NCBI GenBank assembly: GCA_964247055.1
Contig: OZ176051.1
Span: forward strand, 6,572,001 to 6,636,000
DNA: 64,000 bases
Origin: Paragordius varius
Taxonomy: Eukaryota; Animalia; Nematomorpha
Direction: 5' to 3'
Positions 1-12,927 of this stretch are shown here, in pieces. The notes below the pieces were generated by a model. The model was not told the origin of the DNA and did no database searches. It was given only the letters and a program-made list of their open reading frames with translations. The translations under genes and the position numbers were made by a program. The number at the start of each line of letters is the position of its first letter. The stretch's first letter is position 1.

Positions 1-39
1 TTTTACGAGACTTGCATTATCATTACATAAAATATTCGT

Positions 40-420
40 TCTCGTTGACAATATTAAATATATAATGTTATTATATAAAAACTCAATTAGTGTTTTCTTA
101 CACCTAAAGACAAATCAGAAAATTTAGTATTAATACCAGTTTACACCATGGTTCAGTCTTAAGCTCACTACTTTTCATAACTAAAATAGATTTTACAAAA
201 CATATATTAGAGAAACAATACCATACTTAAACTATCTCGTCTAGGCCACAAATCCCTTATAAGGTTAAATCAACTACAATAATATGGTGCAAAAATCAAT
301 AATACAAACCAAACCAGAATCTTAACAGGCAATAATTATATACCTTCCAAGTTTTAAAGTTCAGTGTGCGCAACAGAGGTGAAACTAAACCCAATCACAT
401 GTACGAAATATGCAAGAATT
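40..420 (-). CDS. NCKAP1: Probable further NCKAP1 exons (frame not resolved)
   Basis: Fragments SPLLRTLNFKTW / DSGLVCII / TEPWCKLVINTKFLICL resemble NCKAP1 RRNLSADQWRNAQLLSLI and LNLWKLALQSSSCLSL. A 23-nt GT-AG intron candidate lies at 321-343. I could not build a single clean reading frame. Confidence 0.4.
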
Positions 421-707
421 CTTCAAAAAATACTTTAATATAAAAGAAAAACTATTGACGAAGGGGTTTCATATATCGTTTATAATTTCAGTTAATATAT
501 ATTACTTTCAATTTTTTCTATTGAATTTTCGTTTATCATTATCTTACGCATTTAACAACTGTTATTACATAACATAATCAATTCGTGATTTACATTACAA
601 AATTAATTTCAATTACAAACTATGTATTCATTAATACTATCGTTCAAAAATGGATATTAAATATATGATAAAAATAACCCAAAAAATGTATGTATAAATT
701 CCTTTAC

Positions 708-2411
708 TTGATATGATTGTCAAATCCTTGTTGTCCCAGCGGGAGTGAAGATGTGTTTGCGAAAAAAGTTTGTAGAATAGTTTTACTGTGTGGATGTAAT
801 TCCTCTTGCAACTTTCGTAAAGCAAGCATACAATCTCCATTAACTCCGCCATATTCATGGATGATTTGAGCTAATCTGTGGTATTTGTTTAGTGCCGATG
901 GTCCCATCTCATCTAATTCGTCTGAGGAAGTAAAAAATTATTTTGAGACAATAATATTGATTATAGATAAAAGAAAGGAGGGGTCTTTTATTTGGTTGAT
1001 ATCCAAAAAAACATAAATCATTTATACACTCCAAATTCTAAAGTTTAAAGTGTACCTTTGTTTTACGAAAATCATAATTGATTTGTTATAAATTTGACAA
1101 CAAATTCTTCAAAACTCTATTGAAATTTACATTATGATGATAGCTTCGGTTTTTTGAAAAAACGGCAAATATTTTGGACTAAATTCCCAAATAAATTTTA
1201 TAAACATTTATATCAAATTCTCATAATTAAATTAAGTGGGTTATCGTTTCAAATTGCAATCTCATCAAGCAAATTGAAAATTTTAGAATAAATAAAATGA
1301 AATTCGTCGGCCTTACGAATCCCTTTATATAAAATTAAATAAAATAGCAGTAATGCAATATACTTTCTCAGAATTGTATTATTATTATAAAAACTATTAT
1401 TATATTAGTGAAAATATGGAAAAGCGATTAACTCTAATATAGGGAAAAAACCAACATGTGGTTGCAATTAAACATGTTACTTACTATATCTTTTAAAATC
1501 AAATTTATTGAGTTAATTATGGGCTAGCATTTTGAACCATACGCTACTGTAATCATATATTTATATTAAAATCGTAAAAACTTGATGTAAAAAGAGAAGA
1601 AACTGCATATTTAAATACTAATAATAGTATTGAAATTTATTTTGAGTAAAAATCGGAAACAATAAAAAAACTAAAAACAATATATGTTTCGATTTGTATG
1701 GACATTCATTTTTATATCAAGATAAATAAGAATTTTATAAAATTATACCAATAAATGAATGATCGCCCCTATCATTTAAGCAACGGAGTGCAGAAGGTTG
1801 AGGTCTTCTATGTTGAATTGTATTAGTCGAACCATAAATAGAACAAATATCATTTTGTATCAGAGCTAATTCCCGAGCAATGTGATAACAAGCAAGCAGA
1901 CATTTTTTATCTTGAATCGAAACGATTAGGAAAACCAGCGAACAATAGGTATAAATTAGATCCAGGTACAAACGAGTTAAATCAAATGTTAGAGCCTATA
2001 TAATAAATAAACCAATGTTTACCAAAGATAAAGTTTGGTGAGTAGCATCAATATTCGTTAAAAGTTCTGTGAAATGGTCTTTGAAATCTAAAAAATCGAC
2101 AAATGTGTAATATATTTGGCTAAAGTTCCGCATTATATCGTGTTTATTTGTACTAATAGGTGTAAAGGTATTCTAAAATTAAAGTTTATATATACCATGT
2201 TCGCTTTTATATCAATTTGGGGAAATTTTTTATTTATTAATTTTAAACATGCATCAAATGTTTTGTCATAAAAAATAGATGGCCGAGATTTAGGATCTAA
2301 ACAAGTCTATCAAATTAAATTAATATGTACTTTTTTAATATTGTAAAATCTAATTAATAACCCTTGCCCGTGCTCGTTTAAAAAAATTAACCGCTCTCCT
2401 ATTTTATCCAT
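708..2411 (-). CDS. NCKAP1: Nck-associated protein 1 / Hem / Kette (WAVE complex subunit), 5' exons
   Basis: Hand-spliced exons 2411-2331, 2306-2196, 2172-2023, 1995-1749 and 921-708 have GT-AG introns of 24, 23, 27 and ~827 nt. The product [42 protein letters not shown]...KKFPQID...YYTFVDFLDFKDHF...FDLTRLYLDLIYTY...YHRLAQIIHEYG...EELHPHSK matches recalled NCKAP1 ([71 protein letters not shown]). Track ORFs 704..907 and 1735..1971 are parts of these exons. Confidence 0.9.
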
Positions 2412-2558
2412 TGTAAAAATTATGTGACTTTATGAATGCGTTAAAATAAAGCATGGGCTCATTTTTTTCCAAACTTTTGGGTGAGGAAGTTGTGGATTTG
2501 GATGAAAAAGAATTGTTTAAAAATTATTATGGAATTTATTCATCACAATTAGGAAAAT
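2412..2558. promoter_or_regulatory. Putative bidirectional promoter between NCKAP1 and the TMEM126-like gene
   Basis: The divergent start codons at 2411 (-) and 2559 (+) are only 147 bp apart. Promoter function is inferred from geometry only. Confidence 0.55.
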
Positions 2559-3326
2559 ATGAAATTTCAAAAACGCCTCAATCTATTTTATCAAACTCCT
2601 CTAAATTCCGTGATAAGTAAATATTACGAAATATATATACATAGCTGGCCATTTATTTACCCAAAATATTATTTTTTAGCCGCTGCATTATTGAGTGGTG
2701 TACGGGTGGCTAGTGTCTACAAAAAATTTTATGTGATTCGAAATCCTGGAATTACCTTTGGCCTTTATATAGGAACGAATATTCCAACTCTTCTTTTTTA
2801 TTTTTTTGGACAAGAAGCTCTTGTATATATGAACCCAATTTTAAGTACATCATTGGGTGAATATTTACAAAATTTTCGCCAAGTAATTGATAACAATTTT
2901 GACGAAAAAGGATTCACCGTCCAAATGAATATATGTCCTTTGTGTTATCAATTACGGGCATTTGTGTTACAATTTGGTTGTTCAACCGTAATACCATTAT
3001 TATCATGTGTCCTTTTATGTGCTTCTATGAGTCGAACCAACAAAATTTATAAAACACAATCATTTTTGGGGAATCTTAAGCAGATGTACAAATCTTACAT
3101 AAATGAACCGTTGGCCAGTAATCCCATCAATACCAAATTGGAACCCATAAAAAGCCCATTTGAATTTCTCAATAAATATAAATATTTTTGGGGAAGTTGT
3201 GTGATCAATTCGATTGCCGCAATGTACACTACCAAAATTCAAATGGATAAATCATTGCGATTAACCTTTGATACAAATTCCCCATACAATGTTCTAAGAA
3301 CCAATAAAATTTATATTCATTCATAA
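2559..3326 (+). CDS. Intronless membrane protein, TMEM126/DUF1370-like (mitochondrial complex I assembly factor family)
   Basis: 255-aa ORF in very AT-rich DNA with several hydrophobic segments. The motif ICPLCYQLRAFVLQFGCSTVIPLL resembles the CxxC..R...Q...G...P motif recalled for TMEM126. Confidence 0.55.
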   Translation: MKFQKRLNLFYQTPLNSVISKYYEIYIHSWPFIYPKYYFLAAALLSGVRVASVYKKFYVIRNPGITFGLYIGTNIPTLLFYFFGQEALVYMNPILSTSLGEYLQNFRQVIDNNFDEKGFTVQMNICPLCYQLRAFVLQFGCSTVIPLLSCVLLCASMSRTNKIYKTQSFLGNLKQMYKSYINEPLASNPINTKLEPIKSPFEFLNKYKYFWGSCVINSIAAMYTTKIQMDKSLRLTFDTNSPYNVLRTNKIYIHS

Positions 3327-4297
3327 TTTTAAATGTTATAATATGTTAAAAATAGGTATTAGTCAACATAATTGCTTTCTTAAGCAAATAAAACAAATAA
3401 GCTAAACACTCATTGCACGCAAAAAATATCCTGAAAATTAATACATCTGCTGATAAATAAATGCATCAGTATCTTGGTGTTAAAGGGTTTGTGCTTTACA
3501 AGTGACCAATAAATTATAAGATTTTTTGAGGGAGCTTCATATTAAAAAACGTAAAATTTTCGCAATTATGGTAAATAATGTGTTTGGTGAGAACTAAATG
3601 CTTCATTTAAAAAATTTTATTAAAATACATAAACTAAATTTGATAAATGAAACAATAATTTTGAAATGTGGGCCAAAGCATCTGCCCTCTGAAATGGGCT
3701 ATAAACAAAATTTCCAATTAACGCTAGATTATAACATCATAAAAAATACTTTTAATATAACTTTTGTTTAATTTATTTTTCAAACTTTTATCCTATTTCG
3801 AAACGGTATAAATATCGACGATGGTGTTTAATTATTTACATGACCTCATAATTTTGATTTCAAGATGTTCATATACCAATTTATATATGTTTTGGAAAAA
3901 AGCATTTGTAATCTATAAATATCAAGATAAACAAATATGTTAATTAAAGTTATATAGTGATAGTAATGTTCATCATCAGCGAATTATGTAGCAAAAATGC
4001 ATTCATAGTATATTAAGCAGTAATCAGTAAAAAAATTGTCTCATAGACCATCATATGTTGATAAATTTAGCAATACGGCGCATTCGCAGGTATTTATACT
4101 GATAATAAGTATAAAAAATTATTAATAATTCAGTGGCATAAAGAAGCACTTTAAGGGCCGCGGGTTGAGTTCATTGTTTTAATTTTAATACATTTTTTAC
4201 GGTTTAAATCATGGCTTAAAACACATTTAAAAACGCTTCAGCTAAAACTAAATTCAAATAAACTATGCATTTTTTTGAAATACATTTTGTTTTCGAA

Positions 4298-5836
4298 TCT
4301 ATATATTTATAAAAATGGAAAATGCTGGCTTTCTGGTACCGGAAAACCGGTAGACCCATTCAAATCCAAATATCGAAAAAAAATCATTAATAAATGCCCC
4401 GACAATAGCTTCGCCCCTTTTTTGAAATAGGCCCCGGGCCCACCCCGTATGAAAAATGGGTTTTAACATAAGTCCACAAAAATCGTGTCTTTGAGACAAT
4501 TTTCCGGAGAACGTGTTGGACCATTCAATTTCAAATATGATTTTTGTTAAGTTATTTTCGATTGCGCCGAACATAGTCGTCTCGCATTTTAATTTAGGCC
4601 CTCTTTTTACCCGCTCCCCCGGTAAAATGCCATTTTTTTAAAAAAACAAAGTCAACAAAAATAATTTTTTGAATCTATTTTTCGCCAAAGGTATGAGATT
4701 GTAATTCAATAAGGATTATTCTAAGTATTCCCTGTTAAAAGGCAAAAATTTTAGTCAAACGTTTCTTCAATGATAGCTGCTGGGTAAGGAGATACCCACT
4801 AAAAACTGATCCGTCATGTGGCTTTGTGATCTGGTACCGGAAAACCGGTAGACCCATTCAAATCCAAATATCGAAAAAATAAAATCATTAATAAATGCCC
4901 CGACAATAGCTTCGCCCTTTTTTTAATTGGGCCCCCAATTCGGGCCCACCCGGTGAAAATTTTTTGACAACACAAGTCCACAAAAATCGTGTCTTTGAGA
5001 CAATTTTCCGGAGAACTTTTTGGACCATTCAATTTCAAATATGATTTTTGTTTATTTATTTTCGATTGTGCCGAACATAGTAGTCTCGCTTTTTTAATTT
5101 AGGCCCTCTTTTTACTTGCTCCCCCCGTAAAATGCCATTTTTTTCAATTTTTTGAATCTATTTTTCGCCAAAGGTATGAGACCGTAAAAATTCAATATGG
5201 AGTCTACGTATTTCCTGTCAAAAGGCAAAAATTTAGCCAAGCATTTCTTTGATGATAGCTGCTGAGTAAGGAGCTACCCGCGAAAAACTGACCCGTCATA
5301 TCGAAATCGCGTGCTCTTGGGGCTAAATTTTAGAAAACCTATCAGGCCATATGAGTTCAATAGCTGCTTAAAGTGTTACCCGTAAAAAGTCAAAAATATT
5401 GGTCAAGCGGATTTTTTAAATTAGCCGTTAAATATGCCCTTTACGCCCTAAATAATGCGCTATCATTGAACTATTATTTAGTTTTGATACCATTCTTCCA
5501 TAAACTATTAGGACTGAACGATTATTCCAGGTATAAAGGCAATTTTTATCTAACTACATTTGTATATTGGCCTCTGGGTAGGAGGCTACCCGCCTACAAC
5601 TGCGCCATCATATCGTTTAAAACAAAGTCCACAAAAATTTTTTGAATCTATTTTTCGCCCAAGTAAACAATATATTAGCATGAATGCGCTTTGAAATTCC
5701 CATGAGATCATAGCTATCAAATAATGTTTCGAAATAATTCACATATGTGGATCATTTTATTCTCCCTTTTTCAAATACCTCCCCAGAGGTCTGAATGACT
5801 TCCTCGGCCTGCGCAGGAGCACGAGATTTACGCTAG
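4298..5836 (+). mobile_element. Non-autonomous Helitron (1.54 kb) carrying two ~480-500-bp internal repeat monomers
   Basis: The 5' end is A|TCTATATATTTATAAAAATGG (4298). The 3' end is ...CTCGGCCTGCGCAGGAGCACGAG-ATTTACG-CTAG|T (imperfect hairpin, then CTAG at 5833-5836). It sits between A and T with no TSD, which are canonical Helitron termini. The internal monomers (~4330-4820, ~4820-5300, partial ~5620-5665) are the reverse complement of the 54-64 kb array. Confidence 0.88.
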
Positions 5837-6239
5837 TCTAATATATATTTGTTATTTTTGCGCCACCATGAGTATCCAGAACTTAATATGTGTTTATCAG
5901 GTTTGATACCCCCGACTTTCTATCATTGTTTTGCCAAAAAATGGCTGCGAAATGTTTAAGGTGAAAATATTTTCACGGTAATATTTTTTTTAATAATGCT
6001 AATAAGCCATATTTTATAATTCGCTTAATTTCTTAAATACTTTTTAGCTATAGAAATTTTAAAATGTTCAAGAGTAAAATAATAATCAAAACGGTAAAAA
6101 AAAGTGTTGAAAATCGTTCCTTTATTATATTGTTTTCGAAAATGAAACAAATATTGATACATTTTTACAAAATGCGATAATGGTATATACGAAGACATCG
6201 TTCATATCATTGAAAAGGCCTTTACAAATTAAATCACCC

Positions 6240-6850
6240 AAAATCAGCCTCTTATTTTATCATTCAGTAATTCAAATTTTGTGGATGCACGCTTTGCTCT
6301 TTTATTTCATCAGAGGAAAAGGACTGTTAAATTATTTGCACGTAAAAACATAACATCCATCGAAACTTGTGAAACATGGGTTTATATTAAATGTTGTATT
6401 ATCAATAGTACAAAGAATGGATGTTCTGGTAGTTCAAACAACTAGGGTTAGGATATATTGCAAAAGTTATTGGATTAAGAGCCAAGTTAAACCAAGGGCA
6501 TGGTAGAAGCATACATGTATCAAAATAATTCGTTTAGGAACACTAAAAAACCAAAAACTCAGTCATGGGTCTAACACAATTCAAATAAACGTTGAATTGA
6601 AACTAGCAAACTGACGTGTAACGTCACCAAGAGGAAACATTTTTGCATTGATTTGCGACGGTTGATGTCAAGTGGCTTTGTTGAATCTTAAGTTGGAAAA
6701 ATCGTAATTACCTTGCCGAGCCGGTCTACGAAGACCAAGGCTGAATAACTTTGCAAGAAGATCTTGCTCTGTGTTTACTGGGATAGAAATGGCATTGTGT
6801 TTTATGAATTTTTGGAACCTGATGAAACTAAGGATGTTCGTGTCATGTAT
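6240..6850 (+). pseudogene. Degraded mariner (IS630-Tc1-mariner) transposase relic
   Basis: KKILLCVYWDRNGIVFYEFLEPDET (~6757-6830) matches the mariner KVMLCVWWDxxGIIYYELL..GET motif. ATVDVKWL resembles VTGDEKW around the first catalytic Asp. Multiple stops and frameshifts; boundaries approximate. Confidence 0.75.
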
Positions 6851-7539
6851 GTATTAAAAACCGGTTAAACATATCTTAGTCTTTTTTAAAGGGTATTTTA
6901 TAATTGTATAATCCATTAACTTCTAAGAAAGCCTTTTTACCATTTTTCACATGTTTATTATATGCTTCCTACTTGTAAAAAAATTGTAAATTATATTTTA
7001 GCGCAAAGGGCAATATAAAAATTTTTAATTACAACAAATTCTTAACCTAAACACATCTTTAAGCTCATAATCGTATGATATGAAATATTGGTTTTAAAAT
7101 ATATCATTTGTTCAACATATCAAATTACATTTTTGAATCCATTACCAATTTAACTTATACCTAAGCCAAATACATATTGGGTTAATTAAGATCCCCGAGT
7201 TTAAGTGGCATTAATTAGTATAATAAAAGTAATTTTGCTAAAATATTATTATGCAACAGCATACACAATAATAAAATTATTATCTTCTATTTTTTGACAG
7301 AAGTTCTCGACAATAATATTAGATGGCATTAATCCGCCAGATAAACCCTCAAATTACAATCAATTAAAAGCAATTTATAGTTTTAATTTTATTCTTGAAT
7401 GATAACATGTATTTGTTTGCCGAATTCTTTAGTAATTCTACAAAAAATATTTTTAAAAATATGGTGGCTAAAGGTTTGAGAAAAGGATTGTTTGAATTAT
7501 ATTTGAATATCCAGTTTAAAGTCTCTTTTTTCCTTTTTA

Positions 7540-9070
7540 GAGGTTCGAACTTTGGAACTCAGTGGAAGAGTCCGGCGCCCTACCCAGTATACTAATGTGA
7601 CCAGATATTTGAAACCCTGGCGCAGTACAAAATTCAAACATACTTTGCCTATTTTTTACACCAAATTTTCCGTGTGTTAGCACTTGGATACAATATAATA
7701 ATATTATAATGGTATGTTTGTTTAAAACAATGCTGATTGTCAAAAACAATATATCTGGTTTTTATAAGATGTTGCTAAGCAGATAAAATCTTTCACACAT
7801 CTTATGAAAGTTCTGTTTCATAGCTTTAATGATTATTTGACAGCAGGTAAAACTATGCGTTAAAGATAGGTGAATGGATAAAAAATAATTTAAATGCCGA
7901 TTTTGATACAGTGTAATATTCAAAAATAATTCAAATAGTTCTAAGTCTACCCAATCAATACCACGTGACATATAATTATTAATAAAAAATTATTTTTTTA
8001 ATAGTAATAAATCTAAAAATATAAATTATATAATTTTTCAGATTTATTTATTTATCCCAAAAATTTATGGTTTTGCGAAATTTTATTTAAATAAGACAAT
8101 TTTCTTCTGTATCATGTTTGACTATTACAATTGCTTTCAAGGTATCTATGTGAGTTGTTTTTTCTGTAGTCCATATTTTGTTTTTGAGAAAAAAATAAAT
8201 ATGGTGAAAAATATAATGTTACCTGTGTTTTAGAATCGTTGTATGATTTTATAAATTTATAGTCCCTTTGATGGTTGCCATTGAATTTGTTGTAACTCAT
8301 CTAACACAAAGGCACAGAATAGAAAATTAACATGAAAAGAATTGATAAAAAAATTATTATGTGTGTGTGTCAGAATGAAAATAGGTCTATAAATATGTTT
8401 ATGCAGAAAAAAATGAAGAGAAAACTGGCTAGAAATTAAAGTTTAGGGAAGCAAAAAATTAAGGAACATACGTCCCACCTAAAACATAAAAAAGTTATTT
8501 TGTTCTTACGAAAAAAGGTATATTGAAATTATAAGCCAAATATAATGAATTTCTAAAATAAGTTACGGAAATAATTTTAAAAATTTTCCGTTTGATAATT
8601 ATTAGAGTAAACTCAAACAAAATTTAATTTAGCTGAAACTTATATGAAACAAAAATGAATTTTTAAAAGATCAAATATTAAATATTAATTTATTTTGTGT
8701 TTATTTTTCGCTCCTGCGGAAGCCCTGAGTAAAAGGTTGGTCTAAATCTAAAGTCTGATATTTATAGCTCCGCCACTGCGCGAATGACTGCATTCATGAG
8801 CAATTTAACTGGTCCAAAACTTAACAATACCAAACTAAAAAAGGCCATAGTTTTTTACCAAATAATCATTTATTTTTATTTTAACGAAGGGTTTATCGAA
8901 TTCTACAAAATTGTATAAATAAAAGGTAATTAAGGCATCTTAAAAAAATTTATTTCAAAAAGCAGTACAAAAGTCAGCGCAGTACAGGCGCGGTTTTTTT
9001 TCGAAAACCCTGTACTGTACTGCGAAAAACAGCCTATCTGGTCACTTTACAGTATACCATCACGCCTTCC
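7540..9070 (-). mobile_element. tRNA-derived SINE head, split in two by the hAT insertion (pieces ~7540-7592 and 9050-9070)
   Basis: Removing the hAT and one TSD copy gives GGAAGGCGTGATGGTATACTGGGTAGGGCGCCGGACTCTTCCACTGAGTTCCAAAGTTCGAACC, with A-box-like and B-box-like (GTTCGAA) motifs. It is collinear with the copy at 43300-43460. Confidence 0.7.
7593..9049. mobile_element. Non-autonomous hAT (Blackjack-like TIRs), 1457 bp
   Basis: TIRs are TAATGTGACCAGAT (7593) and ATCTGGTCACTTTA (ends 9049). There is a perfect 8-bp TSD, CAGTATAC, at 7585-7592 and 9050-9057. Subterminal GCGCAGTACA motifs occur at both ends. Confidence 0.9.
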
Positions 9071-9979
9071 TAAAATAAATTTTAATAATGTGCCTAAAAT
9101 GCCATCATATGCATATTTTTATATTTAGCTTATTGTAATATTTTATATTATTTCCATTTAAATCACTCTTCTGGCCTAAAAACTATCCCCAAAAAGTAAG
9201 ATAATTAATACTTTTTTCATTGGAAAAGGGGTTGTTGTTTACAACATATGTATTCTAGCAATAACAAAATTAATTTTAAATGTAGGTGTGAAGAGAATAT
9301 TAACAATGAGCTACCATCGATATTTTAGCTTTTTTCTATGTTTAAGATTAATTAAAAATGAAATGGATACTGTACCTCTCTAACTAAATAAAAAATATTG
9401 ACTTTATTTTTGAATTTAGTATACAAATCTATTTCTGACTCGTATGAAAGCCATAGTTTAAACTAAACTAAAAACATTATGTGGATGGAAATGTACCGAA
9501 TAATTTATAGCTTTAAATTTTTATATTTGGTTGTTGATAAAGAAAATACAATTTTATTTTGCGTATGTACATTTGATCTTGTTAAATTTATTGCTTTATT
9601 TTTGAGACTAGGTAGGGATTTTATTTATCGTTGCCAAAAATGCCATATAAATTAGATTGGTTGTGGATATGAAATATAAAAATAAATTATTCTATCATTG
9701 GTAAAATTTGTATAATGTATTTAATCAAAATAATTGAAATGCAAAAATTTGACTATACAATCCTTTCTTCACAGTTAAATGCACAGTTTTTTGGGATTTA
9801 TGATAATATGGATTAAATTTGATAGTAACACAGGTCAACAATTGTTTGTTTGTTAATATATTTTAAAAGAGCTTATATCAATATGTAAGTAAAAAAAAAT
9901 TTTTGTTACAAAATGCAGATATAATTAGAAAAATGCCAAAAAGTTGTGGTTTATGTTTGTTTTTTTGACTAGAAAATAT

Positions 9980-10036
9980 TTGGTTGGTTGGTTGGTTGTA
10001 AAATACCAGAAACGTGGTTTGGTTGGTTGGTTGGTC
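9980..10036. repeat. Two (GGTT)n microsatellite tracts
   Basis: ttggttggttggttggttg, a ~17-bp spacer, then ggtttggttggttggttgg. Confidence 0.85.
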
Positions 10037-10544
10037 ATATTAATATGGTTCATTAAATCTTGGATCAATTGTACCATCATCAAAAAGCCTTGTAAATTTG
10101 AGAGCATTGGGATTATCTTTCTATATATACATATACATATATATTATATAATTTAGTCATTTAATAATATGAATTGATTAATATACACGTTTAAACAAGA
10201 AAGAGAACAACGAACGAGCTTAAATGTTGAGATCAACCATAAAATAAATAAGTTATCAAAGAAGAGCAAAATAACCAATAAATAACATAACATACGTACG
10301 TAATTTCAAATGTGACATATGAATTTCATTTATTAAATTGTTAGATTTTTATTTGCGTTTACATACAATAATATATATATTCGGATGCGTTAACATGAAT
10401 ACTAATCGAGATGGAGTAAAATGTGAGTATTTTATATGAAATGAGGTCCATGCTTTACACGCTTTGTATGATAGAAATTGATACAATATTAATATAAGGA
10501 AATAATAATGTGTGCTTAAAAATAAAAAGATAGATAGATATATT

Positions 10545-12289
10545 TTAGTATGCTTGAAAAATTCTTGGATCAAGATCGATGCCATGGATAGAATCCAATA
10601 CTCTTTCTGAATTACTGGGATTTAATTGGTTTTGATCTAAGCTACCCTATATCGTTATATTTAAGTCATTTAAAGTGTTCTATATACAAAGGATCTAACC
10701 AAAAACTATACAAGCAATAAATGTCATAAATAAATTTTATGCTCAATATTCGAATTTTAATGTGGCAAATCCAATAAAAACGATCAAATAATATATGATT
10801 CAATTTAATTTGATAGTCTAAGTTATTTGGTTAAAATATGCATATGATTGTTTCAACTAAGCTTTTTAAACCGAAATGATATAAACTTGTAATAAGCAGA
10901 ATAATTTAATCAAACACCTTTTTATTTAACTCTATAAAAAATGAGGTCATGTTATTATTTGATATGTCAGGGTAGAAATCAAAATTTTGGCTCTTACAAA
11001 ACTGATGTCGGATTTTTTAAATTTATTGAAAAATGGCGCTCAATAAAATTATAATTATTTTTTATTATATGATGAAAAAGCCCCTAAGTAAATTTTAAAA
11101 AAATTCAACCAAATTACAACAATTTTATAAAAAAAAATAATAGGACTGAAATCGGGCCCTTAATTTTAGAGACAGAATCTAATGGATTTAAACCGTTTTT
11201 TCAAAATCATGGATTAATTCCAAAACCCGACTTGGGTAAAATATTTTATACTATCATAAATATCACATTTTTAAGGAATTTTAGAAATACCTCTTGTAAT
11301 AAATCTTGAGCTGCTATTGATTTGAGAACGCTCTTTTTACTGCTCTCATGCAATTCTCCTCCCATAATGATTTCATCCAACATAAAATAAGCTTTTTCAA
11401 AGTTAAAAATTATGTCCAATTCACAAACCTAAAAACGTATGTCAATTAAAATAATTAATAATATATATATATATATATGGGAATATTATTGACTTTGCAA
11501 AATTAAATATAAAAACGTTATGATTGAAACTTTTTATGATGAAAAAAAATAAAACATACACTTCCAAAATATTTGTCCAGTAACTCAACATATCTATGTA
11601 TGACTTCCAGGCATATTAATTCATTGTCATCAGGATCAATGGCAGCACAAAAGTATAGACTTGCATATCTGTCAAAATAAGGTTTGTAGAATCGAAAAAA
11701 ATATTATTGAAGAATTTTATGACTATGATACTATAAATTAAAGTATTGTGTTGAATAGGTAGAGTAGCGTATGATGTAAAACAAATTTTGTCCAAAATTA
11801 AATTAAATTTAATGTTGTAAGATAGACAATAATTGTAATTTCAACCTGTTGTGCTTTTTACCTTTATATGCTACTGTATTGGAAATGGCCAGAGAATGTG
11901 ATTAAACCAACATGTGTATACAATAGTATCAGGCACTGTTTTAAAATTTAACCAAGAAAAAAATGAGACACTCAATATTTAATAATCGTTTTTAATAAAA
12001 TCGAACCGTTTAAGTTTTCCCTTTTACCTTAGTCCTTAATAACGAACTACTATCATTTAACTGGCAATCCTCCTATATTTTCATGAATTATTAATAAAAT
12101 GGTAAAAAACCTTTTATAAACAATTTTGTAATTTTTCCACTCCAAAAAATTACACATTTTGGGTTTTCGTGACAAAATCATTGCAATCAATTCTTTCGCG
12201 ATTTTCTTTTTATCTTTGTCTTGATGTGGCTCATACCATTTATCCAAACGGAGTTTTCCTTGGCGACTGAACAGCAGTAGAAAATTTAT
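10545..12289 (-). CDS. AP1S: AP-1 adaptor complex sigma subunit (exons 2-5; ATG-only exon 1 upstream)
   Basis: Exons are 12289-12111 ([19 protein letters not shown]...KIVYKR), 11668-11560 ([36 protein letters not shown]), 11428-11291 ([36 protein letters not shown]...) and a probable last exon 10646-10545. All have GT-AG borders and consistent phases. ATG|GT candidates for exon 1 are at 13077-13075 or 13708-13706. Confidence 0.93.
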
Positions 12290-12669
12290 CTAAAGGTTAA
12301 TGGATTATATCAAAACAATCACATTATATTTGTCTCAATCAGAGATTTCAATAGAGTTATTAATAAAAAAAATTAAGATTTTTAAAAAATATTACGAAAA
12401 TTTAAACAACAAATTTTATTTCGTCAAAAGTCATTGCACATTCAAATTTAATGTGTTAGAATTCAATAAACAGATTTTTAAAGATTGTATCGTCCACACC
12501 TGATTAAGGCAGGTACTATAAAATCATTCAGCCAAGGACACAAATTATAAATAAATTAAGACATGTAACACATTCTCTTACTTTAATTCTTTCCTATTCT
12601 CGTTTATGATATAATTCAAGAGTGTATGGGGCGAACCAAACCTACTTGATAAAACAAAAAGCCTATAAT

Positions 12670-12927
12670 TACTATTTATACCTTAAAATTCTCCTTGAAC
12701 TTAAAAATATACATTTCAAATTTACCCTATAAAGAAATTGGTTTTTGGGGCAATTAATCTCCTTATTGATATGATATTTTTTATAACATAGTTTATTATT
12801 ATTTTTAAATTTATATTTTTAACAATTTCATTTTTAAAACCATCATAAAAGATACATAATTTTTAGAGTGATTCTGAGTTCAATCGTGAATTTGTTTCCA
12901 AGAGTTAATTCAAGGTGTAAATGGTAT
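12670..12927. mobile_element. MITE of the 'TACTATTTAC...CCTTGAAC' TIR family, in AP1S intron 1
   Basis: Left end tactatttataccttaaaattctccttgaac and right end ttcaaggtgtaaatggtat resemble the TIRs of the 36630-36932 element. Confidence 0.45.

Noticed and set aside
3540-4150. Possible decayed transposase between the TMEM126-like gene and the Helitron
   Set aside because: Some GC-richer patches are present, but I could not identify any motif.
12300-12503. 67-aa plus-strand ORF in AP1S intron 1
   Set aside because: It is low-complexity K/I/F/N-rich text typical of random AT-rich DNA, with no motif.
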